Source of the DNA: Candidatus Thorarchaeota archaeon
GTDB lineage: Archaea > Asgardarchaeota > Thorarchaeia > Thorarchaeales > Thorarchaeaceae
Length of the DNA stretch: 64,000 nt
Direction: 5' to 3'
Assembly: GCA_003345595.1 (NCBI GenBank)
Contig: PRDI01000058.1
Coordinates: 1-64,000 of the forward strand
How positions within the stretch are numbered: the first letter of the stretch is position 1; every line of letters begins with the position of its first letter. The notes under the pieces were generated by a model. That model ran no database searches. It saw only the letters and a list, made by a program, of their open reading frames with translations, and was not told the origin of the DNA. Made by a program: the position numbers and the translations under genes. Positions 19,488 to 28,234 of the stretch are shown one piece after another.

Positions 19488-20120
19488 GTGCTTCCGCTGA
19501 AATACTACGACGAAACGCTTGGGCTCACAGGTAGACGCGTCTTGTTGGCCCGTGTCATCTCCCGGGTCGTACCTGCTCCGTTCGTCAATCTCTACGTGAC
19601 AGTCATAATGTCCTACTTCCCTCCCAAATCCCTCGGACCGTACCTCAGTCCCCTATCTATCGTGCTCGTATGTCTGGTTTTCATGGTGGTTCTGCCGCTC
19701 TCCCCGATAGTGTTTCAGGCGTGGCGTGGCAAGGTCGACCTTGATGTGTCAGCCAGAGAGATGAGACTGAGATTCTTCGTGTTCTCTCTTGTGTGCTATA
19801 CGTTCGCTTACGTCATCTATTGGCTGTTTCAGTGTAGCCTGATGAGTGTCTTGGCTGCTGCCTACTTTGGAGTCACTCTTGCAGTGATGATATCTACGCT
19901 TCGCACAAAGGTTTCGGTGCACGCGGCAGGCGTAGGTGGTCCAGGCACCGCTTTGCTGTACGTTTATGGCATGTTGGCCGTGCCGGTGCTAGTCCTCTGG
20001 GTTGCCGTTGTGTGGGCGCGGGCCTACCTGAAGCAACACACGCTCGTTCAGTCTGTGGCTGGCTTGGCCATTGGTGCAATCGTGACATACTTTGTCTATG
20101 CCTTTCTCTACACGAGCTGA
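19488..20120 (+). CDS. PAP2-superfamily-like membrane protein
   Basis: KVSVHAAG (C2-like) and WARAYLKQHTLVQSVAG (C3-like); GTG 19488 follows SD GAGGT. Confidence 0.7.
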   Translation: MLPLKYYDETLGLTGRRVLLARVISRVVPAPFVNLYVTVIMSYFPPKSLGPYLSPLSIVLVCLVFMVVLPLSPIVFQAWRGKVDLDVSAREMRLRFFVFSLVCYTFAYVIYWLFQCSLMSVLAAAYFGVTLAVMISTLRTKVSVHAAGVGGPGTALLYVYGMLAVPVLVLWVAVVWARAYLKQHTLVQSVAGLAIGAIVTYFVYAFLYTS

Positions 20121-20338
20121 GCTCTCAGATGGAGCCATTCATTATCGGATTTCGGAGTGATTCCTCTGAGCTCAAGAACAGTCGCACCTGATCTGTCGAT
20201 ATGTTCCTCCAGTATTCCTGTCTTTGTACTCTGCCGACAAATACCTATTACGGGTCGAGGGTGCCTCCTAGCGTGGTCAGGTCTGATGTTGCCCACACAC
20301 AAAAAGCATTCATATTGTCACGAATGCCACTTGCTTGC

Positions 20339-21706
20339 ATGGGTGGCGAGCTCAAGTTGCAGGATCAACCCGTCTGTCCGAAGTGTGGTTCCCGCCTAGG
20401 CAAGGGCTCCACACATTGTTTCCATTGTGGCTACAAGCTGAGCGAGACTCTTGGCCCAGACGGAATCATCGTGGGCGCACAAGAAGAGACAGTCCCTCCA
20501 GTAGAAGGCACCAAAGGTCCGAATCTCTCCAATCTTGAGGAACGGATGCTGGGCATGCTGGGGGGTGAAGAGGAGCCCCAAGCCAAAGAGACTGGTCGAC
20601 GAGAAGATGGAGAACTTGTGACTCTCCCAGAACTCGATGAATCGGAACTCGAGGAGCTCGAGGTCGACAGCAAAGAGGTTCGGGTTGGCCCCGTAGAGGC
20701 CGCGAAGCCCCAAACACCCGTTTCGGATGAAGCCTTCCTTCCCCCACTGGATGCGGAAGCAGAAACTAGGGCGACAGAGTCCTCGGCAACCCCCCCTCCA
20801 GAAGAAGCACGCGCTTCGGCACGAAGTGAATCCTTGCGTGTTGACGAGAAACCAGAGCCCGCTCTCACGTGGGAATACTCTGATCGAATCCCAGAAATGG
20901 AACCCGAGGATGTGAAGGAGGGTAACCCCTTCCAAGAGATTGAGCCTCCTAGGGTCGTGTCCGAAGAGGGTGCACCTCGACCAGCTCCTGGGATGGAGGA
21001 AGCGTCCTCTGGCACGGAAGATGAACCCACAAGACGAGCTGTAGCACACCTGTTCCCGCAAGGACGAGGGGTAACGTCCCGACAGTTCATCGATGCTGTT
21101 GTCGGAAAACCTTCGAGGATTGGGGCTGGTCTCACAGTCGTCGAGATGGAGGCTCCAACTTGCCCTCAGTGTGGTGCTGCAGTGACTCAGGATGGATTCG
21201 ACTACCCTCCATATGTCTATGAAGCGATGGGCAAGGCCAGATTGGATAATGGGTCCAGCAAAATAAAGGATAATGAGTACGAGAAGGCCATTGAGTCATT
21301 CGAGATTGCGAAGAAGCTGTTCGAAAGAGCAGGCAATACCAAGATGGTGGAGGAAAGCACAAGAAGAGCGAATGAGGGCTATGACGCTATGGCTGAATCG
21401 CATATTGTTCAGGGCGAGCGTCATCTGAAGTCTGGCCAATTCGAGTGGGCAGTTGTGCAGTTCAAGAAGGCTCGTGAGTTGTACATGTTCAGCACCGATC
21501 CGAGGAAGAGAGCAAGATGTGCTGAGAAGGCGCGCGAGAGTTACAGTGCGTGGGGAAGAGAGCTGGAGTCCGAGGGTGACGCATTGGTGAAAAGCGGACA
21601 GAGCAGAGAGGCGCTCACTAAATACAAAGAGGCCGCTGAGAAGTTCAGAGAGGGCGAGGACTCAAAGCGATTGGCAGGTCTTGAGAAGAAAATCAGAAAG
21701 GCTTAG
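20339..21706 (+). CDS. Zinc-ribbon / acidic disordered / TPR (SNAP-like) protein
   Basis: CPKC...CFHC, a long Glu/Pro-rich region, CPQC, then helical repeats EKAIESFEIAKKLF, EWAVVQFKKARELY and EALTKYKEAAEKF. Confidence 0.8.
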   Translation: MGGELKLQDQPVCPKCGSRLGKGSTHCFHCGYKLSETLGPDGIIVGAQEETVPPVEGTKGPNLSNLEERMLGMLGGEEEPQAKETGRREDGELVTLPELDESELEELEVDSKEVRVGPVEAAKPQTPVSDEAFLPPLDAEAETRATESSATPPPEEARASARSESLRVDEKPEPALTWEYSDRIPEMEPEDVKEGNPFQEIEPPRVVSEEGAPRPAPGMEEASSGTEDEPTRRAVAHLFPQGRGVTSRQFIDAVVGKPSRIGAGLTVVEMEAPTCPQCGAAVTQDGFDYPPYVYEAMGKARLDNGSSKIKDNEYEKAIESFEIAKKLFERAGNTKMVEESTRRANEGYDAMAESHIVQGERHLKSGQFEWAVVQFKKARELYMFSTDPRKRARCAEKARESYSAWGRELESEGDALVKSGQSREALTKYKEAAEKFREGEDSKRLAGLEKKIRKA

Positions 21707-21830
21707 CCTGCCCCCAAATAGAGTTTCAGCTTCGCAGCCACTCTGGAAACATACGACAATGAATCGGGGTCAAAACGGACGACTCATGGCGACCCATCCA
21801 GACATGCCCACAACTTTACCCGGCGCATGC

Positions 21831-23957
21831 TCATATCCAGTCGCCGGTTTCGAGTTTGCGTGGAATGTATTGGTCCGTCAGGTACTCGAAGCCGTGACTT
21901 GCGAACGCTTGAATCTCTGCCTTCTCTTTGATGCGGAGCATCAGTTCCAGATCCTGAACCCAGGGGCCGTTCTTCTGCACAAAGGGCTCCTTAAGCATCT
22001 CCTTCACTCGCTTGATATCTGCTGGCATCATGGGGATACGAACGCTCTTCGGAATCTTGAATTCATCCAAGTCTCTGCTGAGCACTCCGAGGAGTTTGAG
22101 CTCAGGCGTTGCGATGAATGGTGACTCATAGCTGAGTCGCTTGCTGCCTCGCAGAAAAACGGAATAGATGTAGTGCCCGTATGGGTCAGAGTCCATGAGT
22201 GCGAAAGCTGGTATCTCCAGTTCCTTGACCATGATCTTCAGGAAGGCTCTCGTGGCCATGTCACCAGAGCCTTTTCCTGTGAGCACAATGCACGGCTGTC
22301 TGTTCCAGTACTTTGCCTCTGCCAGCCGCATCACTGCTGCGTCCTTCTCTGACAGTAGAATGAACTCGGCATCACTCTCGACTATCTCGACTTCGTCAAG
22401 GAATGGCGTGATAGCCCAACCACCTGTGCCCATCTGAGTGAGATCAATCCTGTCGCCAGCATCCCGTATGACGACACGTCCCATCGCCGACCCACGGGCA
22501 GCGGCCACAACGTGTACGCTGTCACGGGTCGTCTGCAGCATTGATGAAACGTCCTCGAGTATCTTGTCACTATACTTCTGGTCACGAAAGAGGTTGACAT
22601 CCGAATAGTAAATCTCTCTCTTCGTCGCATGAAGGCTCGACTTCAGGAGTTCATATACTATCTCCATCACTCTTGCAGTGCGAGTGGCATCCACAACAGA
22701 CGCTAGGGAGTGGTAGGGACGAGAGATAGTCCTCATACCCAGCAGAAGAAGATCCCTTACTTCATCCCACACTATGTTGTCGGCGGACCTGCTCGGTATC
22801 TCAAACGATGGACGCCCGGTGGTCATTGTTTCGTTCAGAACCTCGATTGCAGCCTCGACCAACCTCTCGACGGTTTCATCTGCAGTCAGGTTCGCCACAG
22901 GAACTGTGCCCGGTGACGTGGCCCCATCCTTCGAAACCGGTTCTTTTTCTGCGGTGCGCCACTGCGCTCTCATCTGCTCGGCGAGGTCAATGATAGGTTG
23001 CGGGACAGGCAACCCTGACGACTTGCGAACCGGTCTTACTCGCGTCAATGGGACCTTTATGGGCTTGGGCTTTCTGTGTACAGTAACGACAGTTTCCTCC
23101 ACCTTCGGCTTCTTCTTCGCCTTCTTGCTTGTCTTCTTCTCGCCGGCTACCTCTGGTGCCTTCGGATCGGGAGTAGAAATCGCTGTTACGGGTTCGCCAG
23201 AAACTTGAGCGAGCTGCCTTGACGTCATGGCCTCCTTCGCAGCCGCCACGAGTGACTTTGCATGGCCCACGCTTAAGCCGTCGACCGTACGTGCCAGACT
23301 CTCTGGACGTGTCCTCGACAATCTAGCTACGGAGTCATACCCAGCTGAAACGAGTCTTTGTGCCAGCTTGGAGCCCACACCGTCAAGATCAGTGAGTTCA
23401 GGCTCAGGACCAGAAACCTCTGCACTCGGCTCGGCTTCTGCAGACGAGGTCTGGGTTTCCTCCAAGTCAATTGACGAAGTTCTTAGATATTCGGCTGCAG
23501 CCTTGATTAGCTTCTTCGCAGAGTCGACTGTCATTCCTTCAACTCGCCGCGACACGGCGTCCGCCTTTGCGTTTGATAGCTGCTCGACAGAGTCGTACCC
23601 TGCTTCGGTCAGTTTCTCTTCTAGCTTTTTGCCCACTCCAGCCAAGAGTCCGAGTGAGGTTGTTGTAGACGGCTCTTCTTCCTGAACGGTTTCTGGGATT
23701 TTGGATGTCCCCCTGCTCTCAGGTTTCTTCTCTTTCTTTGGACTAGCTTTCTTGCTGGCACGTTTGGGCTGTGACGTTCTCTTCTCGGGCTTAGCCTTCT
23801 TCTCCTTTCGTTTCTTGTCAGGCGCCTTGCTCTCCTTCTTCCGAGAGAGTCTGTCCCTGAGAGACTTCATCTTTGAGTCTTTCACCTTCTTTCGATCGAC
23901 CAGATTCCCTAAGGTGGTCTGGACACCCTCCTTGTTGTCAGTCCGTTTGGCTGCCAC
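21831..23957 (-). CDS. top6A: DNA topoisomerase VI subunit A (Spo11 family) with long N-terminal Lys-rich plus 2x HhH extension
   Basis: TKREIYY (catalytic Tyr), SEKDAA and DSDPYG (Toprim), KAEIQA; about 360 extra N-terminal residues. Confidence 0.95.
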   Translation of the reverse strand: MAAKRTDNKEGVQTTLGNLVDRKKVKDSKMKSLRDRLSRKKESKAPDKKRKEKKAKPEKRTSQPKRASKKASPKKEKKPESRGTSKIPETVQEEEPSTTTSLGLLAGVGKKLEEKLTEAGYDSVEQLSNAKADAVSRRVEGMTVDSAKKLIKAAAEYLRTSSIDLEETQTSSAEAEPSAEVSGPEPELTDLDGVGSKLAQRLVSAGYDSVARLSRTRPESLARTVDGLSVGHAKSLVAAAKEAMTSRQLAQVSGEPVTAISTPDPKAPEVAGEKKTSKKAKKKPKVEETVVTVHRKPKPIKVPLTRVRPVRKSSGLPVPQPIIDLAEQMRAQWRTAEKEPVSKDGATSPGTVPVANLTADETVERLVEAAIEVLNETMTTGRPSFEIPSRSADNIVWDEVRDLLLLGMRTISRPYHSLASVVDATRTARVMEIVYELLKSSLHATKREIYYSDVNLFRDQKYSDKILEDVSSMLQTTRDSVHVVAAARGSAMGRVVIRDAGDRIDLTQMGTGGWAITPFLDEVEIVESDAEFILLSEKDAAVMRLAEAKYWNRQPCIVLTGKGSGDMATRAFLKIMVKELEIPAFALMDSDPYGHYIYSVFLRGSKRLSYESPFIATPELKLLGVLSRDLDEFKIPKSVRIPMMPADIKRVKEMLKEPFVQKNGPWVQDLELMLRIKEKAEIQAFASHGFEYLTDQYIPRKLETGDWI

Positions 23958-26152
23958 TAGTCATCCCCACCTGAAGAGGTGCCAACGTCATCCTCCTCGC
24001 TATCTCCAAGCGGAATATCCGCAAGCAGATCCGCACTGAGCACGTCGCCTTCAATCTCCTCTTCGTCCGCCTCCATCTCAAAACCGGATATGGCATCTCG
24101 CAGTCTGGATGCGATTGTTTCAGCATCGAACAGCTTCTTGCGCTTGCTATCATTGGCTATCGCAACGAGGCTGTGAGCGAACTGATCAGCGTACATGGCA
24201 AGAATGCCTGCCCTCTTGGCCTTCTTCTTTGCAGTTTCACGACGGGTTATGAACAACCTGAACTTCCGTCCTGCATCCTCAAGTGCGAGCTTAATCTCTC
24301 TTATGAGAACCTCATCTTCTGCCAGAGCCTGCTTGCTTTGGCCCTTGAACATGACATGAACGTATGCCCCGCACACATGTATGAAGAGCATAACTGGTCC
24401 TCTTGGCACGCCGTTGTCGAAGGAATCCAGCTTGTAATTCCTCCAGTTCACAGAGGTTGTTGCCTTCCAAGTCGCACAGTCACTGTTGTCTCGGAGCTTC
24501 GGCACTCGATTGACAAATCTCCACAATACCGCGTTCGCTGAACCTGCAGGTTTGATATCGCCGCCATATGCAATGCAGACCTCGACCGCAAAGGATAGTC
24601 CCTTTCCTGACGTGGGCTTCCTGGTTATTGCTGTGACGAACTCGGGGTTGTAGGCCTGCTTTATCGTCTTCTCGAAGATTTCCTCTCCGACTGGTACAAC
24701 TGTGTCCGTGGGTGGAGCAATGTATTCTTCGCTCGAGAACGCCTTGTAGAGATACTCCACCTCAGTCTTCGACAACGAGTCTGTCGGAGTCCTTGGACCT
24801 ATCGTGGGGAGCTTCCGAATCCTCAGTTCTTTGTTGGTGTTGTCTATAATCGTACTCGCCTTGTTTCCGCTTAGTCTGCAAAAGCCCCTTGTGAGAAAAC
24901 CATGAAGGTCTCGTTCTGATGTTTCTCGAAGCAGGTCCTGAAACTCACCTATTCTTATGCTGGCTGGGTGCGCTTGGGCGTACTTCGGTTCTTCTGGGAA
25001 AGTGTTTACTCGTCGAGGATAGATATGCACTTCCCCATAGGGGTCTATGAACACAAGGGTGATGTGAGGGTCCAGCAGGGAGGTCATCTGAGCGTAGACA
25101 TCCGCATATCCTCGTTTGTACTGAATGTTGAGGTAGTAGAGTCTGATGTAAGTGCCGTGGTCGAAGGGTAGATCCATTTCGAGTGGGCCGTTGACATACT
25201 CCTTCGTGTTTGCGGTTGTCGTGTAGTACTCCGCCACGGTCGCCTTTTCTGATGTAAACTTCTTTGTGACTGCGAATATTGGCTTTCCCGTCGTGTTCTG
25301 AGCGTCACTGAAAGCTGACGGAGCTCCAAATCCTTGGCTTCCTCTGGTCTGTTTCAGTTTCTCTGACTTGCTGGATGCCAAGTAGATGCCAAACTTCTCG
25401 AGGTCTGCCGGGACCATTCCGACACCGGTGTCAAAGCAGATGAACTCATAGACTTTGAAGCCTTCCTCACTGACCACTGGGACCAAGTCTGGCATGAGGA
25501 GCTCGGTCACCTGTATGACAACTAGGGGTTCGTGCTTCGTGATGAATCCTCGGAATGGAACAAGGAACTTCCTGAATCTCGCGAGGTGTGTTTCCAGGTT
25601 ATCTTTGGGTCGCGGCGGGATATCCACCTGTTTTCCATCACGTATGTCCTTCTCAATCTTCTTGCTGAGGGCAATCGTGTCTTCCAGCTGGTCCTTGAAC
25701 TTCTCCCTGACTTCCTCGACAAGCTTCGGATCAAGCTGGTCGCTTAGGCGAGGCTTCCTGTCTGTCTTCCACCACCAGCTCTCCAGTGCGTCAATTGCAT
25801 TGTCGATAAACTCAATGGAATACTGCGTATGCTTGTTTAGACCAGTTTCGAAACCAACAAGCTGCGTCCTCTTTCGCATGAACTTAGCAATTGTGCCTTG
25901 CTTGATGTCTCCAGACTCCTCAAGAGGGGCTTCGACTGCGGGCTCACTTCCCTTTGGAGTGTCCTTCTTCTTGTCCCTTCTCTTGATCCTCTTTTCAGAA
26001 ACGGATTCTTTCTTGGCTTTCTTTTCGACAGTCTTCTTCGGAACGGCCTGTTTCCTACTCTTGCTTTCGGCGCTCTTCTTTGGGGCAGACTTCTTGCTCT
26101 TGGCGCTCTTCTCTACAGTGCTCTTCTTACTGTCCTTCTTCTCCGGACTCAA
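23957..26152 (-). CDS. top6B: DNA topoisomerase VI subunit B (divergent, with insertion and charged tails)
   Basis: EFIDNAIDA, DTGVGM, QTRGSQGFG and RFVNRVP motifs; TTG 26152 follows SD GAGGTGA (the ORF track starts at 26239). Confidence 0.93.
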   Translation of the reverse strand: MSPEKKDSKKSTVEKSAKSKKSAPKKSAESKSRKQAVPKKTVEKKAKKESVSEKRIKRRDKKKDTPKGSEPAVEAPLEESGDIKQGTIAKFMRKRTQLVGFETGLNKHTQYSIEFIDNAIDALESWWWKTDRKPRLSDQLDPKLVEEVREKFKDQLEDTIALSKKIEKDIRDGKQVDIPPRPKDNLETHLARFRKFLVPFRGFITKHEPLVVIQVTELLMPDLVPVVSEEGFKVYEFICFDTGVGMVPADLEKFGIYLASSKSEKLKQTRGSQGFGAPSAFSDAQNTTGKPIFAVTKKFTSEKATVAEYYTTTANTKEYVNGPLEMDLPFDHGTYIRLYYLNIQYKRGYADVYAQMTSLLDPHITLVFIDPYGEVHIYPRRVNTFPEEPKYAQAHPASIRIGEFQDLLRETSERDLHGFLTRGFCRLSGNKASTIIDNTNKELRIRKLPTIGPRTPTDSLSKTEVEYLYKAFSSEEYIAPPTDTVVPVGEEIFEKTIKQAYNPEFVTAITRKPTSGKGLSFAVEVCIAYGGDIKPAGSANAVLWRFVNRVPKLRDNSDCATWKATTSVNWRNYKLDSFDNGVPRGPVMLFIHVCGAYVHVMFKGQSKQALAEDEVLIREIKLALEDAGRKFRLFITRRETAKKKAKRAGILAMYADQFAHSLVAIANDSKRKKLFDAETIASRLRDAISGFEMEADEEEIEGDVLSADLLADIPLGDSEEDDVGTSSGGDD

Positions 26153-26426
26153 TGGGCTCACCTCAAATAGGCCGTGCTGTTCATTCAACATGCTTCGCAA
26201 CAGGCAGGGACAACTAGCTCGTTGGCTCGTTTCTGTCATCTAGTATCCATTTATTGTTTTCCCGTTGTGCCTCCCCACAGCCTTTCATAGGGCGCGTTTG
26301 GGTCGGAACGGGCTGTTTCGAACGACTTCGATGGCCCATACGGGACTCCAAAATCGCATACTTCGGAGTTCGAGTGACCATCGGCAGGCTTTTACTGTTG
26401 CCATAGGGAGCGTCCACGAGTGTCGG

Positions 26427-27188
26427 ATGTTGCCCAGCCCTCGGATTCAAGTTATCGCAGTCGAAGGCATCCCAGTGATAGATGGTCCGTCGGACCTCCC
26501 TGAAATCATCTTGAGAGCACTAGGGAGGTCTGGCGAGAAGCTTGTTGACGGTGACGTGATAGTCGTAGCCCAGAAGATAGTTTCCAAGTCGGAAGGAAGG
26601 GTTGTCCGTCAGAGCGATGTCCAAGTGTCTGAGCATGCCCAAGGCATTGCGAAACGCAATGGGTTTGATCCATGGCAAGTTCAGCTGGCTCTTGATGAGA
26701 GCCGAGAGGTGCTTAGGAGTGAGCGTGTCTTTATCACTGAAACACGAAACGGCATAGTGTGCAACTTCAGTGGCGTTGACAGATCGAATGCACCAAGAGG
26801 TTCGTACATTCTCCTTCCCGAAAACCCTGATGCAAGTGCAGAACACATCATGCGTGTAGTGATCGAGCGAACAGGTCTAAGCAGGCTTGCAGTCATAGTG
26901 TCGGATACTCAGGGTCGGCCATGGCGGGTGGGTTCCGTGAACTTGGCCATAGGTTGTGCGGGCATAAACGCGTTCAAGTACAACAGGGGCAAACAGGACC
27001 TCTATGGGAGAGTCCTTGAGCATTCGACTGTCTGCCAAATCGATGAACTCGCCGCAGCAGCAGAGCATGCAATGGGGCAGGCTGGAGAGGGTGTACCAGT
27101 TGTAATAGTAAGGGGGTACCCATACTCTGACGGCCCTGAGCATGGTAGCAACGTGCCGAGACCAAAATCCGAAGATCTGTTCAGGTAG
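26427..27188 (+). CDS. cofE: Coenzyme F420-0:L-glutamate ligase
   Basis: DGDVIVVAQKIVSKSEGR, NFSGVDRSN, LLPENPDASA, SDTQGRPWR and DELAAAA motifs. Confidence 0.93.
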   Translation: MLPSPRIQVIAVEGIPVIDGPSDLPEIILRALGRSGEKLVDGDVIVVAQKIVSKSEGRVVRQSDVQVSEHAQGIAKRNGFDPWQVQLALDESREVLRSERVFITETRNGIVCNFSGVDRSNAPRGSYILLPENPDASAEHIMRVVIERTGLSRLAVIVSDTQGRPWRVGSVNLAIGCAGINAFKYNRGKQDLYGRVLEHSTVCQIDELAAAAEHAMGQAGEGVPVVIVRGYPYSDGPEHGSNVPRPKSEDLFR

Positions 27189-27276
27189 TCTAGCACAGAG
27201 TAAACTGCTGGATTCCTATTGTGCAACAAAAGAAAGAGTACGGGCAAGGCATAGCCCTGCCTCGTATGTCCATTGA

Positions 27277-28080
27277 CTATCCTACTTTCTGCCCACAGTT
27301 GTTGCAGAACTTCGCCCCCGCAGGAAGAGGCTGGCCACAGTTCGAGCAGAAACCGCCGCGGCCGCCACCGCCGCCTGTAGTCTTGAATGTGATAGTTGAG
27401 CGGTCAGGCTGTCCTCCACGTCCCGATCCGGTGCTAGTGATCGTGAAAGATCCCTGTCCTTCGTCGCCGCCCCCGGTCACCGTGACTGTTTCATCCCCAC
27501 TGGATCCTCTCTGCGCACCACCGCCGCCACCTCCTTGTAGAATGGCTCCACATTGAGCACATGAAGATCTTCCGCCTGATGGAGCGCCGCAGTATGGGCA
27601 CTTGCCTTGGTCTTGGGCCGCTGAGATATTTGCTATGATCGCAGAGATCACCTTAGGCTGCTTGAACTCGAATCTCATATCTCCTCCTGACTTCAGGGGA
27701 AGTATCAGTCTGTTCCCAGACATCTGCGCCTGCGAAACCGCAACTATAGGGATGGCCATACTCTCGGCGTTGCCTTTGGCATCCTTGTTGATGAACGAGT
27801 CGTGTGTCCATGAGGAGATGGCAGTATACACGGCTGCAGCACCAACACCGCGCCCTACACTCTTGATTGCGTGTCCCCCAATGCCTCCCACACGTGAACC
27901 GACTCCTTCGAGCAAGGCTGCGCCAGCGACTGCGCCGGCAAAGGCACCAAACTTCTTGAGGCCTCCGCTCTTGCTGGGTTTCTTATACCAGACGAGCCTC
28001 ACATCAGTCAGCTCGAGGATTCCATCTTGTCCCTCGAACTTGACATCGTCTTCACGGATCATTTTCTTCTCATAACCCAT
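27277..28080 (-). CDS. PH/GRAM-like domain protein with Gly-zipper insertion and two zinc ribbons
   Basis: DGILELTDVRLVWY...SMAIPIVAV...MRFEF; GxxxG-rich hydrophobic insert; CPYC..CAQC and FCSNCG..FCNNCG. Confidence 0.75.
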   Translation of the reverse strand: MGYEKKMIREDDVKFEGQDGILELTDVRLVWYKKPSKSGGLKKFGAFAGAVAGAALLEGVGSRVGGIGGHAIKSVGRGVGAAAVYTAISSWTHDSFINKDAKGNAESMAIPIVAVSQAQMSGNRLILPLKSGGDMRFEFKQPKVISAIIANISAAQDQGKCPYCGAPSGGRSSCAQCGAILQGGGGGGAQRGSSGDETVTVTGGGDEGQGSFTITSTGSGRGGQPDRSTITFKTTGGGGGRGGFCSNCGQPLPAGAKFCNNCGQKVG

Positions 28081-28234
28081 GGTCGAAAGTCCAGAGTCAG
28101 AGAATGAAACGCTCATGAAACCTGGTCGCTCTGACAGATGATATCACCACAGAGGCGGTCAGTACGTAGCAATAATAAGCTTGCTAGCTGGCAGCCTCTG
28201 TCGGCCTGCAATCTTGGTGCGTGCTTGACTGACT

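Noticed and set aside
20396-21135. Long antisense ORFs (20396-21061, 20431-21135) and similar ones opposite top6B, the P-type ATPase, the transcarbamylase and oppD/F
   Set aside because: These are shadow frames of well-supported genes, with low-complexity translations and no motifs.
27355-27535. CCG-rich repeats as a DNA repeat element
   Set aside because: They simply encode the poly-Gly linkers of the zinc-ribbon protein.
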